A DNA stretch of 64,000 nucleotides. Origin: an uncultured delta proteobacterium. Lineage in GTDB: Bacteria; Desulfobacterota; Binatia; UBA9968. The first letter of the stretch is position 1. Each line of letters starts with the position of its first letter. Shown here piece by piece: positions 20,167-29,726 of this stretch. The position numbers and the translations under genes are program-made. The notes under the pieces are model-generated. The model did no database searches. It was not told the DNA's origin and saw nothing but the letters and a program-made list of their open reading frames with translations. The stretch is from contig CAVYTU010000017.1 in the NCBI GenBank assembly GCA_963771465.1, forward strand, positions 480,001-544,000, in the 5' to 3' direction.

Positions 20167-20532
20167 CTACCGGTTGAGCGACCAGATGAGAATGGCCCAC
20201 CCGGCGAGGAACGCTAGTCCGCCGATCGGTGTGATGGCGCCGAGCCAGCGCATGCCGGTGGCGCTGAGTAGATACAAGCTGCCGGAGAAGATGATGATGC
20301 CGATGATGAAGCACCAGCCGACGGCATTCAAATTTGCTTCCGGCCACTTGGATGTCGCCCACGCAACGGCGATCAGGCCGAGTGCGTGGTACATCTGGTA
20401 GCGCACGCCGACTTCAAAAATATCAAGCATGTCGGGCGTCAGCTTGGTGCGTAGCGAATGAGCGCCGAAGGCGCCGAGAGCTACGCCAATGAATGCGGCG
20501 ATGGCGCCGGCGGTGAAAAAGAAGCGGTCCAT
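20167..20532 (-). CDS. DUF423 (YgdD/TMEM256) membrane protein
   Basis: LGAFGAH, YQMYHAL, FSGSLY and GAITPIGG. Confidence 0.92.
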   Translation of the reverse strand: MDRFFFTAGAIAAFIGVALGAFGAHSLRTKLTPDMLDIFEVGVRYQMYHALGLIAVAWATSKWPEANLNAVGWCFIIGIIIFSGSLYLLSATGMRWLGAITPIGGLAFLAGWAILIWSLNR

Positions 20533-20591
20533 GGGATAATCGTACTCGTGGCTCGTTTTCGCGATCGTTTTGGGAATGGGCAGATATTCGC

Positions 20592-22064
20592 CTATGGTGG
20601 CGAAGCGCCGCGATTCAGCGATACTACCATGTCACCTTTTTGGATGACGATCTGGCGGTAGTCTTTACGTTGGCTGAGAGCATCTATCAATTTGACCAGA
20701 GGTTGGCTGGCGGTCAAGTATTCTCTCGGTGCGCCGGCGGCTTTCATCACTTCGATTTCTTTCACGTCAAGATTCCAGCGCAGCAAGAACTCTTCATCGG
20801 AAATATTGCCCGCGTTCATTTTCTTGCGCAGCTCAACCGCTGATGGTTCGGGCGGCGGCCGCTCGGCCCATTCCTTGGCACGCGGCCGGTCGAGAATCTT
20901 CGCTTTGACTTCGGGAGCCATCAACTCGGCGCCTTCCTTGCCCCAATAGCCGAGCGCGTATTGGATGATCTGATCGGTGACTTCCTTGTAGCGCTCGCCG
21001 ACGATGACGTTGATCGCGGCCTGACTGCCGACGAACTGCGACAACGGCGTGACCATGATCGGGTAGCCGAGCTCTGCGCGCACTTGCATGGTTTCTGCCA
21101 AGGCTTGATCGATTTTGTTTTCCAGACCGACTTTGCGCAGTTGATGGCGCAGGTTGGAAATCATACCACCGGGCACTTGGTGCTGATACTGAGAGTAGTC
21201 ATATTCGACCGGCGCGCCGATGGGAAAACCCTCGCGCTTGGCGATGTAGGTAAAATGCTCGGACACGGGTTTCAATAAATCTTCGTCGATGAGCGTCTTG
21301 TAGCCCAAGGCGCGCAGATTCTTGGCGACATTGAACAGCGACGGATTCGACGACCCGTCGGCCAGCGGAGGCAACGCGGTGTTGACGATCTTGATGCCGA
21401 GCTTGACCGCTTCAAGACAACAGAGCGGGCCGAGTCCCGTCGTGCAATGCGTGTGCAGCTCGATCGGAATGCCGTTGGCATTGGCAAACATGATCGGCAC
21501 CAGCGTCTGCACACGCTCCGGAGTGAGCAGGCCGCCGGGATCTTTCAAACAGAGGCGATTGACCTTGAGCGAAGCCGCCTGACGGGTGCGCTCGGCGAAA
21601 TATTCATCGCTGTGTTTGGGCGAAACCGAGTAGATGATATTGAGCACCGGATTGATGCCGACATCGCGGGAGACTTTGGATTTCCACTCCCAGCCTTCCA
21701 GCTCGTTCCATTCCTCCGAGATGCGCGCTTCGCGGATGCCGTTGGCCGCCATCCGTTCCATGAACAGCCGGTAAAGTGAGCGCGGCGTCAGATCGAAGGC
21801 GCTAAAGCGTCCGGCGTTCAAGCGCAGCGGCGTATTCTTGATCCTTTGGCTGACGAGTTTAACCCGCGCCCACGGGTCTTCTTTCAACTCGCGCACGCAT
21901 TTCTTCAAATGCGAGCTGGAGATTAGCTCGATGGCGTCGAAACCGGCGCGGTCCATGGCATCGGCGACCGGCAGCATCATGCCCGTGGTCATGTTCTCGG
22001 CCCACAGGCTCTGATGGCCGTCGCGGATCGTGGTATCGACGAAGCGAATTCCGTCAGTGGTCAT
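20592..22064 (-). CDS. Pyruvate carboxylase B / oxaloacetate decarboxylase alpha-like carboxyltransferase without a biotin domain, paralogue A
   Basis: DTTIRDGHQSL, LKDPGGLLTP, HTHCTTG, HQVPGGMISN and YPIMVTPLSQFVG; no AMKM motif. Confidence 0.85.
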   Translation of the reverse strand: MTTDGIRFVDTTIRDGHQSLWAENMTTGMMLPVADAMDRAGFDAIELISSSHLKKCVRELKEDPWARVKLVSQRIKNTPLRLNAGRFSAFDLTPRSLYRLFMERMAANGIREARISEEWNELEGWEWKSKVSRDVGINPVLNIIYSVSPKHSDEYFAERTRQAASLKVNRLCLKDPGGLLTPERVQTLVPIMFANANGIPIELHTHCTTGLGPLCCLEAVKLGIKIVNTALPPLADGSSNPSLFNVAKNLRALGYKTLIDEDLLKPVSEHFTYIAKREGFPIGAPVEYDYSQYQHQVPGGMISNLRHQLRKVGLENKIDQALAETMQVRAELGYPIMVTPLSQFVGSQAAINVIVGERYKEVTDQIIQYALGYWGKEGAELMAPEVKAKILDRPRAKEWAERPPPEPSAVELRKKMNAGNISDEEFLLRWNLDVKEIEVMKAAGAPREYLTASQPLVKLIDALSQRKDYRQIVIQKGDMVVSLNRGASPP

Positions 22065-22121
22065 GATCACGGTCGGAGTGATGGTTTTACGGATTTTCTC
22101 AATCCATCACTCCAATTTCTC

Positions 22122-22979
22122 CTACAGCGTCAACCCGAAGAACTTCACCGCATTGTCCAACATGATCTTCTTGCGGATTTCCGGTTTCATGTTGACCTGT
22201 TGGAACTCTTCGAGCCAGCGCTCGACGCCGATGGCCGGCCAGTCGGAACCGAACATCGCTTTGTCTTGCAGCAGGGTATTGATGTTGTGCAAAAGCTCCG
22301 CCGGGAAATACTTGGGCGCCCAGCCGGAGAGGTCGATGAAGTAATTCGCCTTGTGCCGGGCGATGGCCAAGCTTTCCGCCGTCCATGGCCAGGTTGGATG
22401 AGCGCTGATGATTTTCAACTCGGGAAAGTCCGCCGCCACCTCGTCGATATGGATCGGCTGGCTATATTTGAGTTTGATGCCCATGCCGCCGGGAGTTCCC
22501 GCGCCGGCCGCGGCCATGCCGCCATGAAACAAGATCGGCATGTTCAATTTGGCGCATTGTTCCCACAACGGATAGAAGCGCGGGTCATTGGCATAAAAAT
22601 GTTGGCGCGCCGGATTGAGTTCGCCCATCCCCGTCAGTCCCAAGTCTTTGCAACGCTTGATTTCGTCGAGTGCAAGTTTGCCGGTCCACGGATCGATGGC
22701 GCCGAAGGCGATAAAAACATCCGGATGCTTTTTTACCGCGGAGGCGACGTGATCGTTGGGAACCGGGGTTAAGCCGGTGATGGTTTCGTCGCGGGTGTTC
22801 ATGATCACCGCCATCATCTTACGCGCGCGGTACTGGTCAGCCATCTCGTCGATGGAAACCGGCGGCCGTTCGCGGCCGAAATATTTCGCCATCTGCGCCG
22901 TGCGGTCGCCTTTGGCCTTTTGCGTGGTTTCGTCGGATAGGTGAACGTGAACGTCAATCGCTACGATATCTGTTGCCAT
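22122..22979 (-). CDS. Amidohydrolase_2 family protein
   Basis: IDVHVH, ILFHGG, IISAHPTWPW, IDLSGWAPKY and FGSDWP. Confidence 0.9.
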   Translation of the reverse strand: MATDIVAIDVHVHLSDETTQKAKGDRTAQMAKYFGRERPPVSIDEMADQYRARKMMAVIMNTRDETITGLTPVPNDHVASAVKKHPDVFIAFGAIDPWTGKLALDEIKRCKDLGLTGMGELNPARQHFYANDPRFYPLWEQCAKLNMPILFHGGMAAAGAGTPGGMGIKLKYSQPIHIDEVAADFPELKIISAHPTWPWTAESLAIARHKANYFIDLSGWAPKYFPAELLHNINTLLQDKAMFGSDWPAIGVERWLEEFQQVNMKPEIRKKIMLDNAVKFFGLTL

Positions 22980-23097
22980 GGTTCGCTGCCTCCTGATTAA
23001 GTTTCCTTTCTTATTGCACTGGCACCGCTGAGTTTCAACTGTCTGTAGCGTTTGACGTCCAGCGTTCAGAGTCTAGGGTGTGAGGCTGGCGTTAACA

Positions 23098-24576
23098 CTA
23101 GTTGCCGGACGCCAGACTCGAAGCTCGCTTCTCTAAGGTCACGGAAAAATTCGCCGTCTGCACGTGGATTTGCCGATTCTTCGTGCGCTTGGATAATTGT
23201 TGCAGCAAGTTCACTAGCGGCTGTTCGGAATTCAAATACTCCAGCGGGCGCTTGTTGGCGCGCATAAAATCAATGTCTTCTTTGCCGATGATCCAGCGCA
23301 GCAACAGCTCTTCGTCGGAAGTTCCCTCGGCGCCCAAGCGGCGGCGCAGCTCATCGGGCGAGGGCTCGTCAGGGGTCCACTTGGCCCACTCTTTGGCGCG
23401 CGGCCGATTGAGAATCTTGTCCTTCACGTTGGCCGCCATATCGCGCGCGCCTTCCGCGCCGGCGTGGCCGAGGGCGAATTTGATCACCTGATCGGTGACT
23501 TCTTTGTAACGCTCGCCGACGATGACGTTGATGGCCGCCTGGCTGCCGACGAACTGCGACAACGGCGTGACCATGATCGGGTAGCCGAACTCCTCGCGGA
23601 CTTTAATGGTTTCTTCCAGTGCCTCGGGAAACTTGTGCTCCAAGCCGACCTTGCGCAGTTGAAAGCGTAGATTGGACAGCATGCCTCCAGGCACTTGATG
23701 TTGATATTGGGCGTAGTCGTATTCCACCGGCGCGCCGATGGTGAAACCCTCGCGCTTGGCGATGGCGGTGAAGTGGCGCGACACCGGCTGCAAAACTGCT
23801 TCGTCGATATCGGTGGCATAGCCGAGAGCGCGAGCGTTTCTCGCCACGTTGAATAGCGAGGGATTCGACGTATCATCGGCCAGCGGCGGTAAGGCGGTGT
23901 TGATGTTACGCATGCCGAGCTCCATGCCTTTGATGCAACAGAGCGGACCGAGACCGGTGGTACAGTGGGTGTGCAGTTCGACGGGAATGCCATTGGCATT
24001 CTTGAAAATAACCGGCACCAGCGTCTCCATCCGCTCCGGTGTGAGGAGACCGCCCGGATCTTTCAGACAAAGGCGATAAGGATTGAGCGACGCCGCTTGG
24101 CGGGTGCGCTCGGCGAAATATTCATCACTGTGTTTGGGTGAAACCGAGTAGATCAAATTGAGAATCGACTTCATGCCCGCCCGATGACACTCGCCGACGC
24201 GAAAGCGCCAGCCTTCATAATCGTTCCACTCGTCCGAGATGCGCGCTTCCTTGATGCCGTTGGCGAACATGCGCTCGACGAAAAGGCGGTACATGGACGG
24301 CGGATTGTATTCGAACGTGTTGACCCGTCCGGCGATGAGCCGGAGCGGCGTCTTGGTAATCAATTTCGCCATCAAGCGTACGCGCTCCCACGGGTCCTCC
24401 TTCAAGTCGCGCACGGTTTTCTTTAAGTGGGAGCCGGAAATCAATTCGATGCCTTCAAACCCGGCATCGTCCAAGTTTTTCGCGATCGGCAACATCATGC
24501 CGGTGGTCATATTTTCCGCCCACAAACTCTGGTGGCCGTCGCGAATCGTCGTGTCGACAAACTTGATAGTGTCCAT
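23098..24576 (-). CDS. Carboxyltransferase without a biotin domain, paralogue B
   Basis: Same motifs as paralogue A; GGAGG RBS before ATG 24576. Confidence 0.85.
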   Translation of the reverse strand: MDTIKFVDTTIRDGHQSLWAENMTTGMMLPIAKNLDDAGFEGIELISGSHLKKTVRDLKEDPWERVRLMAKLITKTPLRLIAGRVNTFEYNPPSMYRLFVERMFANGIKEARISDEWNDYEGWRFRVGECHRAGMKSILNLIYSVSPKHSDEYFAERTRQAASLNPYRLCLKDPGGLLTPERMETLVPVIFKNANGIPVELHTHCTTGLGPLCCIKGMELGMRNINTALPPLADDTSNPSLFNVARNARALGYATDIDEAVLQPVSRHFTAIAKREGFTIGAPVEYDYAQYQHQVPGGMLSNLRFQLRKVGLEHKFPEALEETIKVREEFGYPIMVTPLSQFVGSQAAINVIVGERYKEVTDQVIKFALGHAGAEGARDMAANVKDKILNRPRAKEWAKWTPDEPSPDELRRRLGAEGTSDEELLLRWIIGKEDIDFMRANKRPLEYLNSEQPLVNLLQQLSKRTKNRQIHVQTANFSVTLEKRASSLASGN

Positions 24577-24819
24577 GGTGCCTCCGGCGAATCTCAGATT
24601 CAAAGTCTCATGTTGCCAATAGCGCGAAGATAAATCAAATTCATAAACGCTTGCTAAATCGGTTTGAACGCTCGAGCGCGCCGTGTTAAATCGATGGCGG
24701 GTTGCGCGCAGATGTTGCAGACTGAATTTGCTTGCCGCTCAATCGGCGCGCTGCCGGGGAGAATAAACCTTTACAACGGATCATTATGGCCGGTTATCAG
24801 CCGAAAAACGAGGCACGCG

Positions 24820-25900
24820 ATGAAACAGAATAGAGCACCCTGGTGGTTGCTTTTGGTTATCGTTGTTAGCGCGCTGTGCGCGGCTTCTTCGTTTGCAGCT
24901 GACACGCCTTTCTATCGGGGTAAAACATTAACCGTATTGATCAACTTCGCCGCCGGCGGTCCGACGGATATCGAGGGCAGGCTAGTGGCCCGTTACCTGG
25001 GAAGACACCTCCCCGGGCAGCCGGCGATCGTGGTGCAGAACATGGCCGGCGCGGGCGGCGTAACCGGCACTAATTACCTCGGCGAGGTTGCCAAACCTGA
25101 CGGACTCACTCTGGGGTATTTCACTGGGCAGTTTTTTAATTTGCTGACCGCCGATCCAACGCTTAGAGTCGATCTCGCGAAATTCGCCTATATATGCAAG
25201 TATTGAAGGAGTCGCCGTAGCCTATATACGCAGGGACGTCGCGCCGGGCATCCAGGAACCGAAAGACCTCATCAAAGCGAAGGGTTTCAAGGTGGGCGGC
25301 TTGAGCCTCAACAGCGCCAAGGATGTTCGATTCCGACTCCAACTAGATATCTTAGGCATTCCCCATCAATACGTGACCGGGTACAACTCCAACTCGGATG
25401 CACGCTTGGCCGTCGAACGAAATGAAATCCAGTTTTTTACCGAAGGAACGCCTGGCTATCGTGCTCAGGTGCAACCGCGCATGGTGAAAGACGGGCTGGT
25501 TGTCCCCGTCTATGCGGACGAGCTTGTGACCGCCGATGGAGAGTTTCGTCCGAGCGCCGAGGCGCCTGATATACCTTCTTTCTCACAGCTTCATCAGCAG
25601 ATTTTCGGTAAGTTGGGTTCGGGAGTGCTGTGGGAGGCGCTGAAAACCATCAACCTGACGCACGCGATGCAGCGTATCGCCAAAGTTGCTCCAACCACGC
25701 CGCCGGAAGCCGTTACCGCGCTACGGCAGGGATTTTCACAGATGATCAAGGACCCGGAATTCATCCAGGAATTTAAAAAAGTCACGCGCTCCGATCCTAA
25801 TTTTCAAGTCGGCGGCGAGGCGGTCAAACTTATAGGAAAGCTGAGTCAAGCATCGCCCGAGGTGAGAACTACGATTCGGAAATACACCGAGTCCAAGTGA
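24820..25900 (+). pseudogene. TctC/Bug-family solute-binding protein, frameshifted near 25190-25195 (possibly a sequence error)
   Basis: Signal peptide, FYRGKT, AGGPTD, VVQNMAGAGG and AKPDGLT. One extra base in the TATATAT run; removing it gives AYIASIEGVAV in frame with ORF 25292-25900. Confidence 0.8.
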
Positions 25901-25927
25901 ATCCGTGGGCAAGTGTAAAGGAAACTC

Positions 25928-26566
25928 ATGGCCGTCTTGAAGAGTGAAATCGTGCCGAAAAATTCCGGCGCGGCGTTTGAAGTGAAGCAGGGGCAGCGGC
26001 TTAGGATCGCGGGCAGAAGTATCGTCGACTTCGTCGCGTTTAATTTGCATGATTTAATGGAGCGCTTCGATCAGGCGCGGACCAAGACCAATCAGGTAAA
26101 AATTTTTATCAGCAAGGGCGACGTTCTCTATTCGAAGCGCAATAATCCGATGCTGACCATCGTCGAGGACACGTTCACAGAAGGACGGCATGATTTGCAG
26201 AAGGGCATGTGCAGCCGCAAGCGTTTTGAAATGGTTGCCGAGGGGCAGTCGAAACGAGTGTTCGCCGAGGGAGTGGACATCAATCCTAAGATGGCCGAAG
26301 AACTTCCCGACCACGGCTGCTGGGAGAATTTGAGCGGCGCGCTGGCGCCGTGGAAGATCGCGCCCGATGACGTGCCGAGTCCTTTCAATATATTTCAGTG
26401 CATGCGCATCGACCCCGAGACGGGCATCATGTATGACACCCTGACCCGGCCAAAGGACGAAGCTCACGTGGACTTCCGCGCCGAGATGGATTTACTCGTC
26501 GCCGCGAGCGCTTGTCCGGAGTCGGGGCGAGGACAGGCGATTCGCGTTGAGATTTACGATAAGTGA
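25928..26566 (+). CDS. DUF1989 / urea-carboxylase-associated family protein
   Basis: IVDFVAFN, HDLQKGMCS, HGCWENL, PSPFNIF and RAEMDLLVAASACP. Confidence 0.88.
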   Translation: MAVLKSEIVPKNSGAAFEVKQGQRLRIAGRSIVDFVAFNLHDLMERFDQARTKTNQVKIFISKGDVLYSKRNNPMLTIVEDTFTEGRHDLQKGMCSRKRFEMVAEGQSKRVFAEGVDINPKMAEELPDHGCWENLSGALAPWKIAPDDVPSPFNIFQCMRIDPETGIMYDTLTRPKDEAHVDFRAEMDLLVAASACPESGRGQAIRVEIYDK

Positions 26567-26719
26567 TTCGTTGTTTCTTGCCGAAATGGCTTGATCAAAT
26601 TGCGTCAGCGCGTGAAGCGCACTAATTCCGTAATGAAGACGATGGGGCTTTACCTTGAGCACTGGCATCGTTTTCCAGCGAGCAATCCCCGCTAGGATTT
26701 AGCACGGTCTGCCAATCGA

Positions 26720-27541
26720 CTACGCCGACAGTTGAAAATTCAGCAGTTCGCGCGGCGCTTTGTGGTAGGCGTCGACGCAGGCGGATTCGGATTTTTCACT
26801 GGGCGGCGCGACGATACGGGCGCGCGCCGAGACCGTCAACGGACTCAGGTCGAAGGGGTAGGGATCGAAGATCACTGCACCGGCTCCGTTGGGTTTGACC
26901 GTTAACTTTACCGATTCGCCTTTGTCGTAAGCAATTCGCACCGGCGCGATCGTATATTCCTTGAAATCCTTCTCGTTGGCGTAGCCGTCGCAGCAGAAAT
27001 AGAGCGACAGCAAATCGAAGACTTGCAGCGCCATGTAGTTGTACGAAAGCTCGTTTTCGAAACCGCTGCGATGAATGCCAATCTGTTTTTTGATTTCCGC
27101 CTGTTTCGCTTCCATCGCTTTTTTCGCGTCCTGCACGGCTTGGCTCCGTTCCCGCAGCCGGCCGGCGGGCTCGGTGAAAATATTGTAGCGATTGTGCCAC
27201 AGGCCGGTGCGGTGCATGGAGACGATGAGTCCTGCATAAAGATCCTGCGCCATCAACCAGTCGGCGTTTTTCGCGTAGGCTTTAAGCTCCACCTCTTCGA
27301 AATTCGGCACCTCTTCGCGGTGCGCGTAGGGCCGGCCTTTTTCAACGTTCATCGGCGGGTTGCCTTCGAATTCGCGATAGCCGCTGTCGTGATAGGTCGT
27401 GGCAAACACCATGGTTTGATAAGGGCGAAGTTTGGAGAATCGCTGGTTACCCCAGTGCGCGGCGAACTGAGCCGCGAGTTCGGCATGATCCTCTTGCAGG
27501 CTCACGTATGAGCGTCCGTCTTTCAATTCTCGGATAACCAT
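26720..27541 (-). CDS. DUF3891-like HD-type protein
   Basis: QEDHAELAAQFAAHWGN, HDSGY, LIVSMH, DLLSLYFC and DPYPF. Confidence 0.75.
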   Translation of the reverse strand: MVIRELKDGRSYVSLQEDHAELAAQFAAHWGNQRFSKLRPYQTMVFATTYHDSGYREFEGNPPMNVEKGRPYAHREEVPNFEEVELKAYAKNADWLMAQDLYAGLIVSMHRTGLWHNRYNIFTEPAGRLRERSQAVQDAKKAMEAKQAEIKKQIGIHRSGFENELSYNYMALQVFDLLSLYFCCDGYANEKDFKEYTIAPVRIAYDKGESVKLTVKPNGAGAVIFDPYPFDLSPLTVSARARIVAPPSEKSESACVDAYHKAPRELLNFQLSA

Positions 27542-27644
27542 GACAGTTCCTCCTTTGTTCGGCCGCTTCCAATGAGTGCGACGATCGGATTGCCAGGATG
27601 GCTAATAATTAGTTCTCTTCGCGGGCAAAAGTAAAGTGCTTTTT

Positions 27645-28697
27645 CTACAGCGGTGCGGGGACATTTTTCACTTTCAATTCGGCGGCGAGGTCAGCTAAGC
27701 CTGTCCAAGTCGCGTCGTCGATTTCAACGCCGACTCTTCGGTTTGTCGCTTCTCGGCGCCGTCCCGATTCGCCAGGCAAGAGAATCTCGCTAAAGCCCGG
27801 CGCGCAGGGCGTCGACTTTATCAAAGCAATCAGCTCGTCGACTTGGTCGTAGAAGGTTTCCAAAGGCTGAAACTCCTCGACGGCGAAGGTTTGCAAAAAT
27901 AAGCCGTTGACGCCGTGGCCGCCCTTGTTCCACCAGGTTTGGCCCATGCCATTGCCTGAGAGAATGCCGGCGAGAATTTCGGTGATTAACGCGATGCCGG
28001 AACCTTTGTGGTCGCCGAAAGGCAAAAATACGCCGCGCGGCGGGCCACGAAAAGATTTGAAATCGCTCGTCGGGTTGCCCTGGCCATCGAGCATCACGCC
28101 TGGGGGGATGGTTTGTTTGCGGCGAACTCGATTTTGAATTTCGCCCATGCTCATCGACGCGGTGGCGAAGTCGAGAATGATATAGCGGCCGCGGCGGGCC
28201 GGGATGCCGAAGGCCATCGGGTTGGTGCCGATGATCGGTTTCATGCCGCCGTAGAGAGTTGTCACCGGCGAGCCGACGCAGGCCGCGCCGAAGCCTATCA
28301 TGCCGTGATCGGTGGCCATCTCCATATAGTCGGCGAGGCGGCCGGTATGGCCGGCGCGGCGCAAACAGACGATGCCGGCGCCATGTTCTTGAGCTTTTTT
28401 GATTGCCAATCCCATGGCAAAACGCGCCGCGACTTGGCCGATGTAATGTTTGCCGTCGACCACGGCGGTGATTTTGCCTTCGCGCTCGACGGCTGGTTTT
28501 TCGTTCAGTTTGTAAATGCCGTTTTTGATGAATTCCAAATACTGGGTTACCCGGATGACGCCATGGCCGGCGTAGCCGCGCAGTTCGCCTTTGACAAGCA
28601 GGTCGCCGACCAGCTCGGCATCGTCTGTCGGCATGCCGCCAGTGGCGAGTAAAGTTTTGCAGAAGCTCAGAAGTTGTTGATGATTGATTTTCGCCAC
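27645..28697 (-). CDS. Ldh_2 family oxidoreductase (malate/L-lactate/ureidoglycolate dehydrogenase-like)
   Basis: GHGVIR, HTGRLADY, GTNPMAF, LDFATA, PFGDHKGSG and LLPGE. Confidence 0.9.
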   Translation of the reverse strand: MAKINHQQLLSFCKTLLATGGMPTDDAELVGDLLVKGELRGYAGHGVIRVTQYLEFIKNGIYKLNEKPAVEREGKITAVVDGKHYIGQVAARFAMGLAIKKAQEHGAGIVCLRRAGHTGRLADYMEMATDHGMIGFGAACVGSPVTTLYGGMKPIIGTNPMAFGIPARRGRYIILDFATASMSMGEIQNRVRRKQTIPPGVMLDGQGNPTSDFKSFRGPPRGVFLPFGDHKGSGIALITEILAGILSGNGMGQTWWNKGGHGVNGLFLQTFAVEEFQPLETFYDQVDELIALIKSTPCAPGFSEILLPGESGRRREATNRRVGVEIDDATWTGLADLAAELKVKNVPAPL

Positions 28698-28715
28698 GTC
28701 AAATCCTGTTTTCCG

Positions 28716-29591
28716 CTAGCTCGTTTTCACCGGGAAATAGCGCCCGAGCCATTCGCGCACAATATTGGTCAGGCGCGGGTTCTCTTCGTTGAAGGTAAAG
28801 TGATCGACGTCGGACAGTAGGTGTAGCTCGGCCGGTTGTTTAGCCTTCTTGAACATTTCGATGGACTCATAGGTCGGCGTCACCGAATCGTTGGCGCTAT
28901 GAATGAGCAGCAGCGGCCGCGGTGAAATATTGCCCACTTGATCGTCGGCGCGGAAATCGTTCATGCTCTGGGCCGTTTCGGCGGGGAAATCCATGATCGA
29001 GCCGCTGCTCATGCGGTTACGCAGCTTCTCGGGGATCGGTACGATATCGTAGCGCGGCACCATCAGCGATTTCCCCGTGCGCTCGCGATGGCGTTTGCCT
29101 TCTTCCAACATGGCGGTAAACTTCGCCCACTTTTCAGCCCCCGGATGTTGACCGCGAAACTTGCGCTCGCCGTCGCCCCAGCCGCCGCAGGAGATCACCG
29201 CGGCAACCCGGCTGTCGGCACCGCCAGTGAAGACCGCCACCGCCGCGCCGAAGCTGCTGCCCACCAGCGCGATGCGCGCCGGATCGACTTCCGGCCGCGT
29301 CGCGAGATACGAAAGCGCGTTACGCGTGTCGGCGACTTGATCGAGGCAAATGATTCGCCCGTGCTCGCCTTCACTCTCGCCGCAACCGCGAAAGTCGAGG
29401 CGCAAAGTCACATAGCCCCATTGGCTGATTTGCCTGGCGACAACTTGCTGGCCGTGGCCGTCTTTGTTGCCGCCAAATCCATGCAGCACGATGAATGCCG
29501 GCCGGCGTTCGCCGGCTTTATAGTCGGGCGGCGTGTCGATCAGTCCGGCGAGCTTGAGACCGTCGGACTGGAAAGTAACTTTTTCTTCCAT
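28716..29591 (-). CDS. Alpha/beta hydrolase
   Basis: LHGFGG, DFRGCGESEG, GSSFG nucleophile elbow, NDSVT and DH. Confidence 0.9.
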   Translation of the reverse strand: MEEKVTFQSDGLKLAGLIDTPPDYKAGERRPAFIVLHGFGGNKDGHGQQVVARQISQWGYVTLRLDFRGCGESEGEHGRIICLDQVADTRNALSYLATRPEVDPARIALVGSSFGAAVAVFTGGADSRVAAVISCGGWGDGERKFRGQHPGAEKWAKFTAMLEEGKRHRERTGKSLMVPRYDIVPIPEKLRNRMSSGSIMDFPAETAQSMNDFRADDQVGNISPRPLLLIHSANDSVTPTYESIEMFKKAKQPAELHLLSDVDHFTFNEENPRLTNIVREWLGRYFPVKTS

Positions 29592-29726
29592 TGGATTAAC
29601 TCCTTTTATCTCGCCATTGCAGGGCGTTGCCCCACAGCTCTTTTAGGAAAACCGCTCTTATCGAGATTGTCGGCAAAGCTGTTGTCGAAATGCTCGTCCC
29701 GCCTGGGAAAAGGATGAACCGCTGAA

